In this document: piece after piece, positions 61,299-64,000 of the stretch
Layout of the letters: the number at the start of each line of letters is the position of its first letter
Numbering within the stretch: position 1 is the stretch's first letter
NCBI GenBank assembly: GCA_963752595.1
Contig: CAVVYZ010000001.1
Location: 160,001 to 224,000 of the forward strand
Length of the DNA: 64,000 nucleotides
Origin: an uncultured delta proteobacterium
GTDB lineage: Bacteria > Desulfobacterota > Desulfomonilia > UBA1062
Direction: 5' to 3'
Program-made: the position numbers and the translations under genes
The notes under the pieces: model-generated
What the model saw: only the letters and a program-made list of their open reading frames with translations
The model's database searches: none
What the model was told of the DNA's origin: nothing

Positions 61299-61989
61299 AT
61301 GAAAGTGAAAGCAATGAAAGCGCGAACTGTTGCGATCTTTATGGCGGCGGCAGCCGCAATTCTTTTGGCAGCCTGTGCATCGATGCAAAATACCGAAGCT
61401 GACAGCCGCATCGAATCGTCTATTAAAAATTCCTACGTATTCAGGACTTATCTGCAGGATGAAAATATCACCGTAAGCTCCCGGGGTGGGGATGTTACTC
61501 TGGTGGGTACGGTTTCGGATGCATGGCTTGCTTGGTGCAAAGGTGAAGGCCGCCATTTTGCTGCATCGGGAAGTGAGCGCTGAGGAGACCGACGTGTTCG
61601 TCCAGGATGGCGTTGTGACGCTACGGGGCCAGGCAAACAGCGACGCACAGAAGAAACTGACGACCGAATATGCAAAAGACGTGAAAGGGGTCAAGAGTTA
61701 ATAATGAGATGACCGTAGCCGGTACGGGTACCGGAACCGAACCAAGCACCCTCACCCAAACGGTCGATGACGCATCGATCACTGCACAGGTCAAGCTGGC
61801 TCTGGCGACGCACCGCTCGACCAGTGCACTTAATACCAATGTCGATACGCAAAACGGCATCGTTTCGGTATACGGCGTGGCCGGCAAGGTGAAAAGGACC
61901 TGGTAACCAAGCTCATTATCGATATCAACGGCGTAAGGGGTGTGGATAACCAGATGACTGTCGCATCTCCCGCATCGCTGGTGGAATAA
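61299..61989 (+). pseudogene. Multi-BON-domain (OsmY-like) lipoprotein pseudogene
   Basis: LAAC lipobox; BON motifs in different frames (DSRIESS..VTLVGTV; AKVK..LL.HR..GVVTLRG; DDASITAQVK..; KDLVTKL..DINGVRGVDNQM); 4-bp GCTT duplication, two further frameshifts and loss of half of BON1. Confidence 0.8.
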
Positions 61990-62142
61990 GAGGGCTGCAC
62001 TATAATCAGGCTGATGCGTCCTTGGCATCAGCCTGATGAGATATAAGACCGGGTGTGAAATTCAATGCATGCCGGCACTTGTCCTGAAAGGACTTCATGC
62101 GATTGCTTCCTATAGGATTGCAACACTCGGTGGAGGTGTTTC

Positions 62143-62982
62143 ATGGAAAGCCTTTGGAATCTCTTTTGGATTTTCATCGTCATTACTGCCCTGCTGCCGG
62201 TGATCCGGCAGAAGAGGATAGAGTTCAAGCGGCTCAAGGTAATCAAGGATTTCGAGGAAAGACGTTCCTCCCGCGTCATTACCCTGATCCACCGGCAGGA
62301 AATCATGAAGCTCCTCGGTTTTCCGCTCATGAAGTATATCGATATCACCGATTCCGAGGATATCCTGAGGGCGATCAGATTCACTCCTGAAGACATGCCC
62401 ATCGACATGATCATTCATACGCCGGGGGGGCTCGTGCTTTCCTCGGAGCAGATAGCCAAGGCGCTCAAGCGCCACAAGGCAAAGGTCACGGTTTTTGTCC
62501 CGCATTATGCAATGTCCGGAGGCACCCTCCTGTGCCTTGCGGCAGACGAGGTAATCATGGACGAGAACGCCGTGCTCGGGCCGGTTGATCCGCAACTGGG
62601 GGAATATCCGGCGGTGTCGATTCTCAATGTGCTGGAGAAGAAAGAACCGAAAGACATCGAAGACAAGACCTATATCCTGGCCGATGTCTCAAGAAAGGCG
62701 CTGACCCAGGTGAAAGACTTCGTCAAAACGATCCTGTCGGACGAGAGAAACGAGAGCGAGGTGGAGAGCATCGCGACAGCGCTGACCGGAGGAAAATGGA
62801 CGCACGACTACCCCATCTTCTTCGAAGAGGCAAAGCTCATCGGGATCAATATCTCCGCTCATATGCCCAAAGAGGTCTATGAACTCATGGATCTGTTTCC
62901 GCAGGCGCAGCAGCAGCGGCCTTCGGTCCAGTATATCCCCGTACCCTATAGAAGCGGAGACCGGCAGAAAGGCAAGCAGTGA
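62143..62982 (+). CDS. SDH_sah/DUF114 family ClpP-fold serine proteinase
   Basis: IHRQE, HTPGG, PHYAMSGGTL, LGPVDPQ and GKWTHDYPI. Confidence 0.88.
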   Translation: MESLWNLFWIFIVITALLPVIRQKRIEFKRLKVIKDFEERRSSRVITLIHRQEIMKLLGFPLMKYIDITDSEDILRAIRFTPEDMPIDMIIHTPGGLVLSSEQIAKALKRHKAKVTVFVPHYAMSGGTLLCLAADEVIMDENAVLGPVDPQLGEYPAVSILNVLEKKEPKDIEDKTYILADVSRKALTQVKDFVKTILSDERNESEVESIATALTGGKWTHDYPIFFEEAKLIGINISAHMPKEVYELMDLFPQAQQQRPSVQYIPVPYRSGDRQKGKQ

Positions 62983-63009
62983 TAATGGTGCGTCTTATTG
63001 GTTTAGTCC

Positions 63010-64000
63010 TCACGAGGCCAGGCCGTTCATGCATCCATCACTGTTTTCCTTTCTCTCAATCCTGGGCAGGAAAACCGTAAAAACCGATCCTTCACCCGGT
63101 GTGCTCCGAACCGTGATGGCGCCCTGATGGCCTTTTACGATACCATGGACCACCGCCAGACCCATACCCGAACCTTCACCCTTTTTCTTGGTGGTGAAGA
63201 ACGGCTCAAAGATATGCTTCACGGTCTTTTCGTCCATTCCCGTACCCGTATCCCTGACCGTGATCTTCATATACGTACCTTCGGACAGGTCGGGCGATAC
63301 TAGAGAGGCGGTCTCCTCACTGAGAACAGAATCGCTGAGCTCCACTTCGAGGATACCTCCCTGCTCCTTCATTGCGTGGCCTGCATTGCTCCCGAGGTTT
63401 ATCATTACCTGCTTGATCTGCGTCGGGTCTGCAAACACCGTAGAGCATTCGTCGTGAATCCTGCTATGGATCTCGATGGTGGAGGGGAGGGAAGATCTGA
63501 GGAAGGACAGGGTCTCCTTGACGATGGAAGAGATGACCACAGGTTTCTTCTCCTGAGGGGTCTGACGGCTGAAGGTAACGATCTGCTTCACCAGGTCGCT
63601 TCCTATCCGGGCAGCTCCGAGCACTTCTTCGAGCATGGGATGGACCGGGTTTTCCGCGCCCACGTCTTCAAGCGCGATCTCGGTATTGATCAGAATCGGC
63701 GTAAGGATGTTTTTCAGGTCATGGGCTATGCCGCCTGCCAGCGTGCCCAATGCCTCCATCTTCTGGTTCTGGGAAACCTGCTGTTGCAGTAGGACTTCAC
63801 GGGTGACATCCTGAACGACGGCAACGAAGTTGATGATATGGCCGGTCTCATCGCGCACCGGGGATACGCTTAAAATGATCTCCAGGGCGCTTCCATCCAT
63901 ATGCTTCCTTGTCATCCGGCCTGTCCAGGATTCTCCCCCCTCCTTTATCTGGGTGAATACGGACTGATACCTTTCATGCATTTCCACGCCGAAGAATGTG
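63010..64000 (-). CDS. PAS-domain sensor histidine kinase (5' end outside the window)
   Basis: PAS/PAC (W.G.M...DGS...SPVRD..G), QKMEALGTLAGGIAHD, NAGHAM, DTGTGM, FEPFFTTK and GSGMGL. Confidence 0.92.
   Translation of the reverse strand, partial: TFFGVEMHERYQSVFTQIKEGGESWTGRMTRKHMDGSALEIILSVSPVRDETGHIINFVAVVQDVTREVLLQQQVSQNQKMEALGTLAGGIAHDLKNILTPILINTEIALEDVGAENPVHPMLEEVLGAARIGSDLVKQIVTFSRQTPQEKKPVVISSIVKETLSFLRSSLPSTIEIHSRIHDECSTVFADPTQIKQVMINLGSNAGHAMKEQGGILEVELSDSVLSEETASLVSPDLSEGTYMKITVRDTGTGMDEKTVKHIFEPFFTTKKKGEGSGMGLAVVHGIVKGHQGAITVRSTPGEGSVFTVFLPRIERKENSDGCMNGLAS

Overview
A 64 kb chromosomal window, most likely from an anaerobic Desulfobacterota/deltaproteobacterial genome (inferred from sigma54 regulators, CheX, HEAT-REC, DUF3795 and many radical acyl-CoA enzymes). 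I saw no rRNA, tRNA, CRISPR array, transposase or prophage. Main contents: (i) kdpF-A-B preceded by an extra 27-aa peptide and a HAMP/PAS kinase, downstream of a full sigma54 promoter and an NtrC-type activator gene rather than KdpE; (ii) an IclR-regulated 9 kb catabolic operon: TRAP transporter, LarA-family racemase, an enolase paralog with altered active-site motifs, MOFRL glycerate-2-kinase-family kinase and D-2-hydroxyacid dehydrogenase, carrying about 11 single-base indels that look like assembly errors. This operon is the best candidate for an undescribed pathway; (iii) FadR + glycerol-3-P dehydrogenase + alkyl-DHAP-synthase-like operon; (iv) duplicated cheX with a HEAT-repeat response regulator; (v) five 2-hydroxyacyl-CoA dehydratase/benzoyl-CoA reductase-family subunits, including a double-cubane-type protein next to a desulfurase-yedF-DUF3343 operon, with no activator ATPase in the window; (vi) sigma54-driven amtB-glnK with a divergent candidate anti-SD small RNA; (vii) housekeeping genes and two genuine pseudogenes. 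All family calls come from motif recognition by eye, not from database searches.
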